Position numbers and translations under genes: made by a program. From contig JBITNC010000001.1 in NCBI GenBank assembly GCA_050084985.1, positions 161,510,001 through 161,574,000 of the forward strand: a stretch of 64,000 bases of DNA, read 5' to 3'. The notes under the pieces are model-generated. The model had not been told where the DNA came from and did no database searches. It saw only the letters and a program-made list of their open reading frames with translations. Every line of letters starts with the position of its first letter. Within the stretch, counting starts at the first letter, position 1. Of the stretch, positions 53,001-64,000 are shown in pieces. The DNA comes from Nageia nagi. Lineage: Eukaryota > Plantae > Pinophyta.

Positions 53001-55121
53001 GCCTTATTAAGATCACAAAAATTTATGTAGATGTAGATGCAAATATTAGATCGATTGACAAGAACCATATTGGATACCCACTTAGGGTAATAAATAGATT
53101 CAATGAGGTAATATTTCTAAAGCTTTTGAATATCATCCTTAATCAAAAGAGACTAGGCTAGATTAAACTTTTTAGGTTCTTACTTGATCATTTTGGCATC
53201 AAGATAAGTCATGATGTTATGCATGATGAGCTTGGGATCTAAACCTAGCATCCTATTGTAACTAAAGGAAAAAATTTTACAATATTTGATAAAAATGGAC
53301 TTAGCTAAATCATAATTAGATGTAATTAGAATGTCACCAACATAGATGATCTTAAGATTCTTGGGGTCATCACTAATATCAATCTCGACTAGACCCCCAA
53401 CATGTATGTGGGATCCCACTTGTAGTTAATTAAAGATGGGAGATATGATTAATCATATTTATTAAGATCAGCAATGGAAGACATTAAACTTGAAAAGGAT
53501 GCTTCATCAAAGGACCAATGAGAAGGAAAGAAAATATTGCATGGTGAGAAGAAACCCGATGGTGGTAAGAAGAAATCCATGGATTCAGGACTAACAATAA
53601 TCAAAGAGTCACCATAAAGAGGATTATAAAAAGAATCAAGCCTTTTTATATAAACCATATTGATATAAATAATCATGTTTGAATATAGTGTATTGTTGAA
53701 GAAATCAAATTTGATAGAACAATATGATGATCCAAGACTAGAAAGATAAAAATAAAGACCAATATCATCAACATCAAAAGACTAATAATGAATATCAAGT
53801 TTAGAAAACTCCTATTCAAGTGAGGAGGATTTGGTACCTTTAAAACCAAGGCCCCAGTTGTCTTGACTAGATTCAAAAGTGGTTTGCAAAGCATGAACTA
53901 TATCTTTCTTAAACTTTCCCAACCTATAGCCTTGCCATTTACAATACTCAAAATATCACCAAATAAAGTCAAGAAATGATAAGTAATCCACTTTGGCATA
54001 AAATTTCTCTTTAAAAGGATGGTCAAAAGGGACATCATACAGATAATCAACACCATCATAGATAAAAAATGATTTCTTGGAAATTCAACCTAAAGGAATC
54101 ATAGACCTAATAACTATGGAATAATCTTGAGGTCAATTGAAATTCTTAACTGATTTGATGTTACATGATATATCCTCAATATGATATTAACCTAGATCAA
54201 GGTTAGAACATTACAACAAAATAGGATAAGGATTAGAATAATCATCATAATCCTTATATTGGGTGACATGATCAAATGTAGAGGCATAGGACTCTTCCTC
54301 TTAAGAAGGTCAAAGTGGCACATTTGATGATTAATAAAGGTAACGAGGTGGGGGAACTTGATCATGAGATTGAGGATAAGTGGGCTTGGGTTGAGGATTC
54401 TTAATTTGAGGCCTAAAACTTGATGATTTAAATGATAAAGACTCAATGTGAGAGAATTACCATATGCATGTGTAGGGTAACGTACATCTAATGGAGGTGA
54501 TGATGATGAAGGTTTTGACCCAAGAGGGTGATTGAGATAGAAATATAAAGATTGAGGACCTTATGAACTAGATGATTCTTGATTGAAATTATTTTTCACA
54601 AGGATAGTGAGGGGAAACAAAATCAAAATAGAAAAAGGATTAGGATCTTGAATAAGGTTGCAATGGCTAAATGGGGTAGGATCCATTAGAATGTAATGAG
54701 TCTTACTACCATATATATGCTTGAAGAAACCATGTTTTGAGGAGGATATGACCTCCATCTCATCAATCCAAGGTTGAACCAACATAATATTATATTGAAT
54801 CTCACCCTCAAAAATATGTCAAGGCATAGGAACTAATATCAGTTCAACATTAAAAGGAATCATAACAACTCCCAAGGTGGTAGATAATAAATTATTGAAT
54901 GCCCTGATGGCCAAAGTTGGGGCACTCAAATAAGACATGGGAACACCAATATTCTGAAGCACTATTATAGATACCATATTGATATCTAATCTATCATCAA
55001 TCATGACTCTCTTAACTCCTTTTCCTTCTATGTATGCAATGATGTAGATAGTTGGATGTTTCTTAGATGATCGAGGAGGATGATATACCTCATCCATGTA
55101 GAAAGTAATAGAAGGATTCAT
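50090..55121 (-). pseudogene. Ogre/Tat pol: protease, spacer, RT, RNase H, archaeal-type RNase H, integrase
   Basis: PR RVMIDDRLDINM (54819-55121); RT DLNKAYPKDDFPL..MDGFLGYNQI..YVDDII (52720-53070); RH region 52000-52445; aRH MYFDESK..TNNNVEYEALILGL..IYSDSLLV (51622-51939); IN FIITTINYLTKWV, FQVGDLVL, NWIGPY (~50090-51300). Confidence 0.93.
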
Positions 55122-55499
55122 ATAATCCTAAATTATTGCACAAAATTCTATAATGGCATTAGTATATTAATTAGATAACTAAATGGTATTTATTATATCA
55201 TTCAAGTCATCTTGATGAGCCTTGTATTATTGTAATAAATCTCATAAGGACAACTTGGTAAGAGTTAACCATAATTATTTCTTCAACTAATTCTAAACTA
55301 TAATAGTTGGTATAGAAGGTTGAGATGAGACCTAAATATTAACTTGCTAAATTTAATGCTATGCTCTTACATATATAGGGGGAGGTGCTCTCTCACCTCC
55401 CCTCCTTGTATGAGTGGAAACATGAATTGGCTCAATTCCCATGATACCAACAAACTTAGTGGGTAAAGGACAACCATATGTTACTTATCTTGACATGGA

Positions 55500-58100
55500 G
55501 GCCATGGTACTCACTTTATTTACATTGGTATCATGACTTGGTAATGGATTTTAATATACCCTTATATCTCAATGTAGGTTGATCATGGGGTGCTCATGTA
55601 GATACATGACCATTGTCAATTAATATTTGAATCATGTCTCTCAAATGTTGACACTTATTAGTTGCATACTATTGTTGATGATGGAAGGCACAAAACTCAT
55701 CTTCCCTATACCATTTTGGCCATGCAATATTAAGGTCCCCTTTTCTTATCTTAGGAAGTGTAACTAATCTAGCATATAGAATCTTCTTGAGTGTGTCCTC
55801 TATAGGCTTTGCTAATGATGTCTAATTCCTTTGTTGTTGTTGTGGTTTCCTTAGTGGTTTAGGATGCCTTGGTTGATTATTACCTTGAATACCCTAATTT
55901 TATTAATTTTCTTAATTATATTGCCCTTGATTACCTTGCTTATATTTCCCTTTATCTTCTTGTTGGTATTGATTTCTTGGTTGATTATTCCTTTGTCTAA
56001 GAGGTGATAGTTGCAAAATAGGTTGTCCATGATTAATCATATATGCAACTTGGTTTGCTTGTATCCTAGGTTGGGATTGCCACCATTGTTGTGAGTCTTT
56101 TAATTAGTATTATTATCCTTTTTCCTTACCTTTATTTCACCTTCCTAAATTTATACCTCTTCAATGATCTTTTCTTGAGTTATGACATATTCAAAGGTAA
56201 GGTTCCTTTGAATTTGTAGGATAGAATAAATGTGTTTGTTGCAACTACTAGAGAATAGCTTGACTAAATCCTCTTGTGGAAAACTATAGGGTATGTTAGT
56301 CACAATTTCTCTCCAATGGTATACATAATCTAAAATAGACTCATCATTAAATTAGGATAACTTACTCAAATTCATGATAGAGGATCTCTTTCTTATGTTT
56401 ATCCCAAAGTGATTTAGAAACTGATTAGCCAACTTATCAAAATAAAAGATATTATGTTATGGCAAGTTTTTATACAAATCTAAGGCCTAACTTGCCAAAG
56501 TAATAGGAAAATTCCTCAACAAAAGAACATCCTCATTAGCTACAATATAGCATAAATATTTGAATTACCTTAGATGTTCTCTAAGTTCCTCATTCCCCTT
56601 AAACTTATCCAACTTGGAAAATTCAAAATTGTAAGGAAAATCCTTTATATGGATGGATGGATGGATTGTTTCATTACAAATAGATCCATAAGGCAACTTG
56701 GACTTGTCTTGGTTATTAAGAATTTGTTGCATCTCTTGGAACTTTTTAAGAATGTCATCATGAGGGGTAGATGGAGGAAAGGAACCCACAACTGTGGTAT
56801 CTTGGAACTTGATAAGAATTGGTTTCTTGTTATTTCCATTGAGGTTTATAGACTTATTTAGTAGAAGCAACATTCACTTGTTATGTATGATGGGGTTGAG
56901 CTACAAACCCTTATTTGTAATGCAAACCTTAAGGAGGAAATTAAGCTTGTATAAGATATGGATATTGAAATTGTTGAAAATATTGGAAATATTTTTGTGT
57001 GCAGGTAAACCCATTTGGTTTAGCACAAACATATGCTTGTATATGATTAGGAGTATAATAATTAGCATATGTAGGTATAACAACTTGGGAAGAACAAGGA
57101 GGATCTTGAAACAAAACATTTATGTGCACCCTAGGTTGAGAAACTTTGGGTTGCACATATTATGGAATGATCTCTTGGGGATTAGGATTAATCATGTTTC
57201 TAGGTGCTATAGGCTCTTGTTGATAGGATAAATAAGGTTGATCAATCATAGAAAATTGGGGAGGGGTTGCAATCCTTAATACTTATGGATTAATATTTAC
57301 CTCTTGCTCTTGATGGGTTTCCATAAGTTGTGCAAATAATTTGGCCTTTTGAAGCATATACCACTCTTTAAACATTTGGGCTCTCTCCTCATCATCATGA
57401 TGGGGAGCACTTGATGGTAGCAAAGTGGGAGGTTCAACTTAAATATGGGAAGATTGGAACAAAGGTTCCACATGATAAATCAATGGAGGTTGAGGCAAGG
57501 TTGATGAAAATTGTTGACCTTGTCTAAGAGGCCAAGGAAAAGGAACAAAAGTAAATTTATTTCTTCTCTCCATCTCATTATGAAAAAGAAGCTTATGGGC
57601 CTTCATCTTACCTATTCTAGTAGGGGGAGAATCAAGAGGTTCATATGGTGGAGGATAAATAGAGGAAGATGTCACATTGGATGGTGGGAGATTTCCATAG
57701 GAAAGATCATAATGGTAACTAACATTATAAGTATCAATAAGGGAAAATGTATTTGGGTTATGGAGTGAAGTTTCCATAGTGATAACATGGGGTAAGGAAG
57801 GACGCAAGGGTTCTGATACCCTCATATCTTAATCCAAGGGAGGTGGTGGATTAACCAAATGTTGGCTTTTCATGTTAGCAACATGGGAAGATGGAGGCCT
57901 AAAACCCAAATGTTTTTTAGCCTTAAACCAATAAAAAAGATATTGGATATCAGGATCACTCAAGAAGATTTTCTCCTTGATAGGAGGGTCATCATGGATG
58001 GCTTCCACATGATCTAGAGAGATAGAATCACCATATAAGGAATTATTACATACACTTATTTGTAAGTCTTTATAAAATTATGTATCCTCTTGATGGGATG
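55500..58100 (-). pseudogene. Ogre/Tat gag with Pro/Ser-rich N-terminal extension
   Basis: FEFSKLDKFKGNEELREHLR (ORF 56565-56873); knuckle EFCAFHHQQ*YATNKCQHLRDMIQILID (~55615-55700); upstream Pro-rich ORF 57439-57825. The start is approximate. Confidence 0.8.
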
Positions 58101-59670
58101 GGATGGAAGCATGTATAGGTGAAGAAGATGGGACATGAGATGAAGGTGGTTGATGAGGAGGGTTTGATTGTGAGGACCTAGCTTTCCTAGCCATAAATCA
58201 TGCTCTAGTCTCCATTGGAGTATGGGATTCACATTCCATACTAAGGGTACAAATAAGCACTTAGAAAAACAATATGGCATAAAATAAAATGTCCCAATGG
58301 TGCCACATAAGTAAAAGTAAATAAACATAAATCCTAAAATTTTGTTATGATCTTGTTTTAATGAATACAAAACTTAACACACACAACCTTTAGATGATCT
58401 TTTCAAGATATCAATCCTATATGTAAGATAGAAATAGTGTGAAAGATAACAATAGAGATTATCTTATCTAGTTTCTTCTTATCTAATTAGTTTTCCTATA
58501 TGAACCTACTCAAGCATTTTTGGGTAAGGCTCATACTCTAGGGGTCTGAATCATTTTCCAAGGGTACTTAGGTACCTATAATGAAACTCATACTCAAGTA
58601 ACTACAATGACACTAATCATAAAAAGAGGGGGGATCCTAAATTGGATATGAAATCCAAGTGTAGGTTAGGTCATGGTGATGAAATCCACATGCCTTGGAT
58701 ACTCCCTAGGCTTATGAGGGACTTTAATGTAAGTATAATAAATGAAATATGAGATGCAACTAAATGCATACAAGATGCAACTAATCTTTTCAATATTTTC
58801 CTTTTCATTTTTAAAGTAAAGAATAAAATGATTTCAAAAATCAAGCACTCCCACCCAAAAATGATTTTGATTTCACTAATGAAAGAAAGAAAGTAAAATA
58901 AACTTTTTCTTTTTTTATTTTCTTTTCTTTTCAAAATAAAATAAAGATCCCTAAGATGTAGATTACACATAAATCCTACTCTAAAGCATGAAAAAAGAGG
59001 GTACAAGCCTAGGGGGCTCTCGCTCCAAGCTTCTATTAGGTACAATACCTATAATACACACTCTAATACTAACCAAATGCTACATATCAACTAGCAATAC
59101 CAACTATTGAACCAATCAAATAGCTAGCTAGTTAGTCACAATGGTACCTAAAGAATTTTAAAATTTGAATTTAAAAGTGCTAAAAAAGATCATTAAGTGT
59201 ACAACCAAGAAAATTAAACATTGGTAGTGGACTGCTACCACCTAGTTATAGGATTGAAAAGCTATGAAACTTGTTAAAAATAAAATAAACTAGCTCAAAC
59301 CCTAAAATAATTGTAACCAATATAGACTAAATTGGCTAAAAAAGAGGAGTCGATTGGGTGAAAATTGACTAACAATTTGTGCATCCAAACCCTAGCTAGT
59401 TTGCTAAAGATTGGCTAGACTCTGTAAACTAGTATACAATAAATTGAATACTATTATGCTAACTTTTGTACTTAAATATTTTTAGGGTTTCATCCAAGAT
59501 TGATCAAGAATGTTCCCTAAAAAAATCAAACTAATTCAATATGTAAAAATATTTGAAAAAGGAGAAAGAAAGGATCAAAGATAATAAGTATAAATAATGA
59601 GAAAGGGATGTAAAAATCCTCTATGATTGCAAATCTTAGACCAAGGGAGGTCCCATTATAATCGCCAATT

Positions 59671-60681
59671 TTTAAGATTCCAAGAAAAGTAGTGCAAGAA
59701 GCTATGGATATCCCACACTTGGGGTCCCTCCCCTCTTGGGACTACCCATGCTGCAATATCTAAAATATTGATTGAAACATGAATAGATAGTGAGAGTAAA
59801 ATGAAATGGGAATAAGGTTTAGAGTTTTTTTTTCCTTTTTAGTGAAATACCCAAGACTCCAAATAACCTAAAAAATAAGAGAGAAGAGGGGGATTATAAG
59901 TTCTAAGTCCTTAAGACCCTAGAACCATGCATATATAGCTAGATAGCTTGTAAGCCTCCAAGCCTTGAAATAATAAGGCACTAGAAGATAACATAATGCA
60001 TAAAATGCAAGCTAACATAAGACTAAAAATGGACTAAGTAAAAAATAACTAAAATATTTTAATCTAGCCTAAATCTACTAGAGACTAGCCTAAAAAATCC
60101 TAATATGCAACCATGGACCAATATAGTAATGATAAACCCAAAAGGATATGTGATGTGAACCCTTGAATGTCCCCTCAAACCTATAAAAACACTCAAAATA
60201 GAGATTAGTACCATAAAAACCAAAGTCATATGAGTTACCTAATATTTCTTACAAGATAAGGATAAAAATCCTTTTTTTGTTTCCTTTGAAAGTTATGAGT
60301 AAAGCTCCAAATGGAAGTAATGAGGCCAAAAGCTCAAGTACATAGTTTGGAGTACATAGGATAGTAGGAAGTCATAAGGTATCTATTTATGCAAAGTTAA
60401 ATATTATTTGGAAAAAGCTAATTTTGAGTTGACTTTTATATAGAACTAGCTAGTGAGTTGATTAGGATTTTAACTTATTTAATCAATCGATTTCCTAATT
60501 GATAGGCTAGTTAGGTTTCAACATGACAAGGTGGTAACAAAGGGCTAAGTTACCAAAATCAAACACACAAATTAGGTCAATAAAGTATGAAGGGATGATA
60601 AGATCATGATGAGCTATAGGATAGACTAAATCATTGTAAATATCCAAAGGTACATGAATGAATGATTTTTAGATGTCTACA
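59671..60681 (-). repeat. 5' LTR of the Ogre/Tat element
   Basis: Partner of 42577-43582; the terminal TG is mutated to TT; adjacent to the PBS. Confidence 0.95.
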
Positions 60682-61308
60682 CCTTAATGAAATATTTGGA
60701 AATTAAGAAGAAAAGAATATAAGAGAGTACAAAAGAGTTCTCCTCCATAAAAAATCCAATTGGAGATGAGAACTTGAAAACATAGAACTATGATGAAGTA
60801 GTTGAGAGAGTTGAACTATAACCTAAGCAACTCTAAACTCCCAAGATTGCATGAAAGCTCACAAATAATATCTAAATAATGTACAAAGTAATATCACAAA
60901 AATAACTCATGATGTAAGTGGTTCCTCCAACTAAGAGTACATCCACTAACTAGATCTCACTTCATCCACAAATATGAACTCTTACAATCCTTCTAAACTC
61001 ATTTCCTAAACACTATCCTCTAGCATAACTCTACTCCACAAACTTTTTTGGTGTTTGATCACAAAGAGAGAGCTTTATATTTATAGGCCAAAATCCCTCT
61101 TTTGATCATCTTTTTACCCAATGTACAAGGGCATGACATGCAACTCCCTTTTACCCAAGGGGCATGCTCATGACATGGAGTGTAGGACAAGTTACGTTAT
61201 CATATTCACTTAAATACTTAAGGTATCAAATTATACCCTTAAGTATTATTGAACTTACATAGAATATTATTACAAAACCTTTACAATAATGCATTATACA
61301 TTCCAACA

Positions 61309-61578
61309 CTCCCCTTTAATGCAATATTAGGATAAATCAAATAAGAGAGATAGAAGAGAGTTCTCCTCCAAATAAATACAGTATAGATGAGAAATTTTTA
61401 CATATTTTTGAAGTAATAAAGATCTAGTTTGAGACTCTCTCTTAATGCAATATTGGGATAGAGTGAATGAAAGAGAAGAAAGAGAGAAAGTAAGAGAGTT
61501 CTCCTCCAAATAGATACAATAGAGATGAAAATATTTTTACATATTTGTGAAGTAAGAAAGATCTAGTTTGAGACTCAC
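61309..61578 (-). repeat. Two tandem ~130-140 bp PPT-containing 3' UTR repeats
   Basis: CT(C)..TTAATGCAATATT.GGATA...AAGAGAGTTCTCCTCCAAAT...GATCTAGTTTGAGACTC occurs twice. Confidence 0.88.
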
Positions 61579-62179
61579 TACTTTGCCAAATATAATCATT
61601 AACCATAATTAATTTCAATGTACATGAAGTAGTCATCCAACTAGAAGTCATGAATAGTCTCTAAGAGCTTGCATACCCAATGTAAGTAACTTACAATCTC
61701 AAAAGAACCTATAATTCATAAGCAACTCAAATAATAAGATTAGTTAGATGTAACATATTCATATCAACAAGGATAAATGAATCAAACAAATGCCATCATA
61801 AATTGATCAATTATGCACTATAAGTCATCACAAATATGCTAGGCTAAAACTCATAGTCACCTATTGTATATACAAAATGTGTTATTTATTATTTAAAAAT
61901 AGAGTATAACAAAATACACATATGAGTTCCTCATATATGGATAACTAAACAATGCTAAAAAAACATATAAGAGTTCCTCACATATGGATAACTAAATAAT
62001 GCTAGATTGGCCAATCTTTTACTCTAAAAATATTACAATAATTTCTCATGTAGAGCAAACTTACCACAAAGGTGTATAACAAAATCAACACTATACAATA
62101 GAGAATCCTCCTAAGGGTGAAGTTGTCATCACAAACATGAATTTAACACAAGAATTAAAACTTCACTCCCTCATGAGGG

Positions 62180-64000
62180 TAACTTCACCAAACCAATAGC
62201 ATCCCTAAGCTTATATAACTAATCTTCAAGAAGGGGCTTAGTGAACAAACAACAAAATTTAAGGTGGATGGACAATACTCCAAGTGTATGATGCCATCAA
62301 GAACCTTCTCCCTGATAAAATGGGCCTAGATTTCCATATTTTTTATTCTCTAATAGATCACAAGATTCATAGCCAAAGAAATAGTTAATTGATTATCTAA
62401 ATAAATCAAGAATGAGCAAGCTAGATCATACCTAATTTATTTCAAAATATGTCTTATCTAAATACCTTCATAGGCTACAATAGACATGGCATAATATTCA
62501 ACTTTTATGGTGGAAAGAGAAATAGTAGGTTGCTTCTTGGAAGCCCAAGAGATAGCGTTTGAACTAATGCTAAACACACATGCAGTGGTTGATTTCCTAT
62601 CATTTCTATCTCCCCCATAGTCAAAATATGAGAACCTTAAGAGAAAAAATGAGGGAAACTTGGAATACTTGATAGCAATATCCTTCATCCTTGTAATATA
62701 CCTCAAGATTTGCTTAACAGTATTGAGGTTCTCAACATAGTATTTCTACATGAATTGAGCCATTAGATTCACTATAAAGGTAATATTTGGCTTGTAAATA
62801 CTTAAATATAGAATACTACTAATTAATTACCTATAAGCTCTAGCATCAACCAACTGAGTGTTGGAGCACAGAGAAATAGTGATTCCATGAGAAACTGGGA
62901 TCATAGCATATCTACACTCTTCCATTCCAAACTTCTACTTTATTTATGATATATACCTAGATTGACTAAGATAAGTACAATATTTGTTTTGATACTCTTT
63001 CATTCTAAGATAATAATGCAAGAGACCAAGATAAGTCATTTCAAATGTTACCTTAAGCTTGAATATGCATTCTTGAATGATTTTATCATTATTCCTAGTA
63101 ATTAAAAGATCATCTACATAAAGGAGAATTTGGATCATGTCTTTTTCTTGATTGAGCACATGTAGATTGAAATAAAAAAAAACACTTAGAGAATCTAATG
63201 TCTACAAAGTATTCAAAAATTTTCTTATACTAGGCTCTAGGTGCTTGCTTAAGTCCATACAATGACTTCTTTATCTTGCACACAAAAGACTCTTTACATT
63301 TCATAATAAACACTTTTGGTTGATTCATGAATATTTCCACATCTAAGTAACCATTGATAAATGCACTCTTGACATCAAGTTGGAAAAATTTCCATCCTTG
63401 AGCTATATAAAGAGCAAGGATAATTTTCATAGTAAGTATATTTTCCATTGGAGCAAAGCTTTCCTCATAATCTACACTATATTTTTGAGCAAAACCTTTA
63501 GCTACTAACCTTGCCTTGTATTTTTCAATATCTCCAATTGAATTGAACTTGACCTTCTATATCCACTTATTATCAATCACATTCTTCTCATTAAGATAAA
63601 GAACTAAGTACCAAGTTTCATTTTTCATAAGTGCCTCATACTTCCACTTTCATGGCTTCCATCCAACACTCATGTTTAGAAGCTTCTTTAAAGGTTGAGG
63701 CCTTTGTAAAAAATAAGGATTTGTTCAAGGTCATGCTCCTTGTTACCCTTTATGTTGGATAATTTCACTCCTAAGGTGACTTGTCTACATCCATATCCAA
63801 CTAGCTAGGTGTAATTGAAGAGTCCTTTGGATCATCCACATCCTTATTAGAAATAAATTCTTCTAGAATTTCATTGAATTTAACATCTCTTGAAGCAAAC
63901 ACTTCTTTATATGATAGAGAGTAGATCATATAACCTCTAAGTTGACTATCATAATTCATAAAGATTCATTTTTTAGCTCTTTTATTCAACTTCTTCCTTT
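62180..64000 (-). pseudogene. copia integrase C-terminus, RT and RNase H (decayed)
   Basis: SRDVKFNE; KYKARLVAKGF; QLDVKSAFING; KKSLYGLKQAPRA; LLYVDDLLI; ISWASKKQPTISLST; HFIREKV. Confidence 0.93.

Larger units (their letters stand above)
42577..60681 (-). mobile_element. Ty3/gypsy Ogre/Tat LTR retrotransposon, 18.1 kb, structurally complete but decayed
   Basis: LTRs 42577-43582 and 59671-60681. Perfect TSD CCTTA at 42572-42576 and 60682-60686. PBS TGGCGATTATAATGGGAC (degenerate tRNA-Arg type) at ~59650-59667; PPT at 43583-43595. Domain order gag-PR-RT-RH-aRH-IN. Confidence 0.95.
60791..64000 (-). mobile_element. Ty1/copia retrotransposon, 3' half (continues beyond the window)
   Basis: Putative LTR TGATG...CCAACA at 60791-61308, PPT at 61309-61317, ~0.9 kb 3' UTR, then RH/RT/IN remnants. 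Confidence 0.85.

Overview
Very AT-rich, CpG-depleted plant intergenic DNA made almost entirely of old, nested and decayed transposons; no intact host gene is visible. Element types and LTR divergence suggest a large-genome plant such as a gymnosperm, which is inference only. In order: (1) a minus-strand chromovirus (Ty3/gypsy) with two ~4.3 kb LTRs and a deletion joining gag directly to integrase (1004-12156); (2) simple repeats and an orphan decayed ORF; (3) a truncated plus-strand Ty1/copia (19360-22742); (4) a Tat/Ogre-like element showing only a 3.2 kb LTR and gag (from 22801), with gag split by (5) an ~8.06 kb TIR-bounded, probably CACTA-like DNA element (26497-34561); (6) a chromovirus integrase remnant; (7) a near-complete decayed minus-strand copia (~37174-42074); (8) an almost fully palindromic ~200 bp LTR-like end; (9) an 18.1 kb Ogre/Tat element with CCTTA TSD, dual RNase H and an antisense plant-mobile-domain ORF (42577-60681); (10) another minus-strand copia running off the window end. 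The best candidate for a novel system is element 5. It is flanked by (AAT)n tracts and carries a decayed multi-exon gene with an amino-DNA-methyltransferase-like motif block and an FCP1/NIF HAD-phosphatase-like domain. All domain calls come from manual translation and motif recall; no database search was run.
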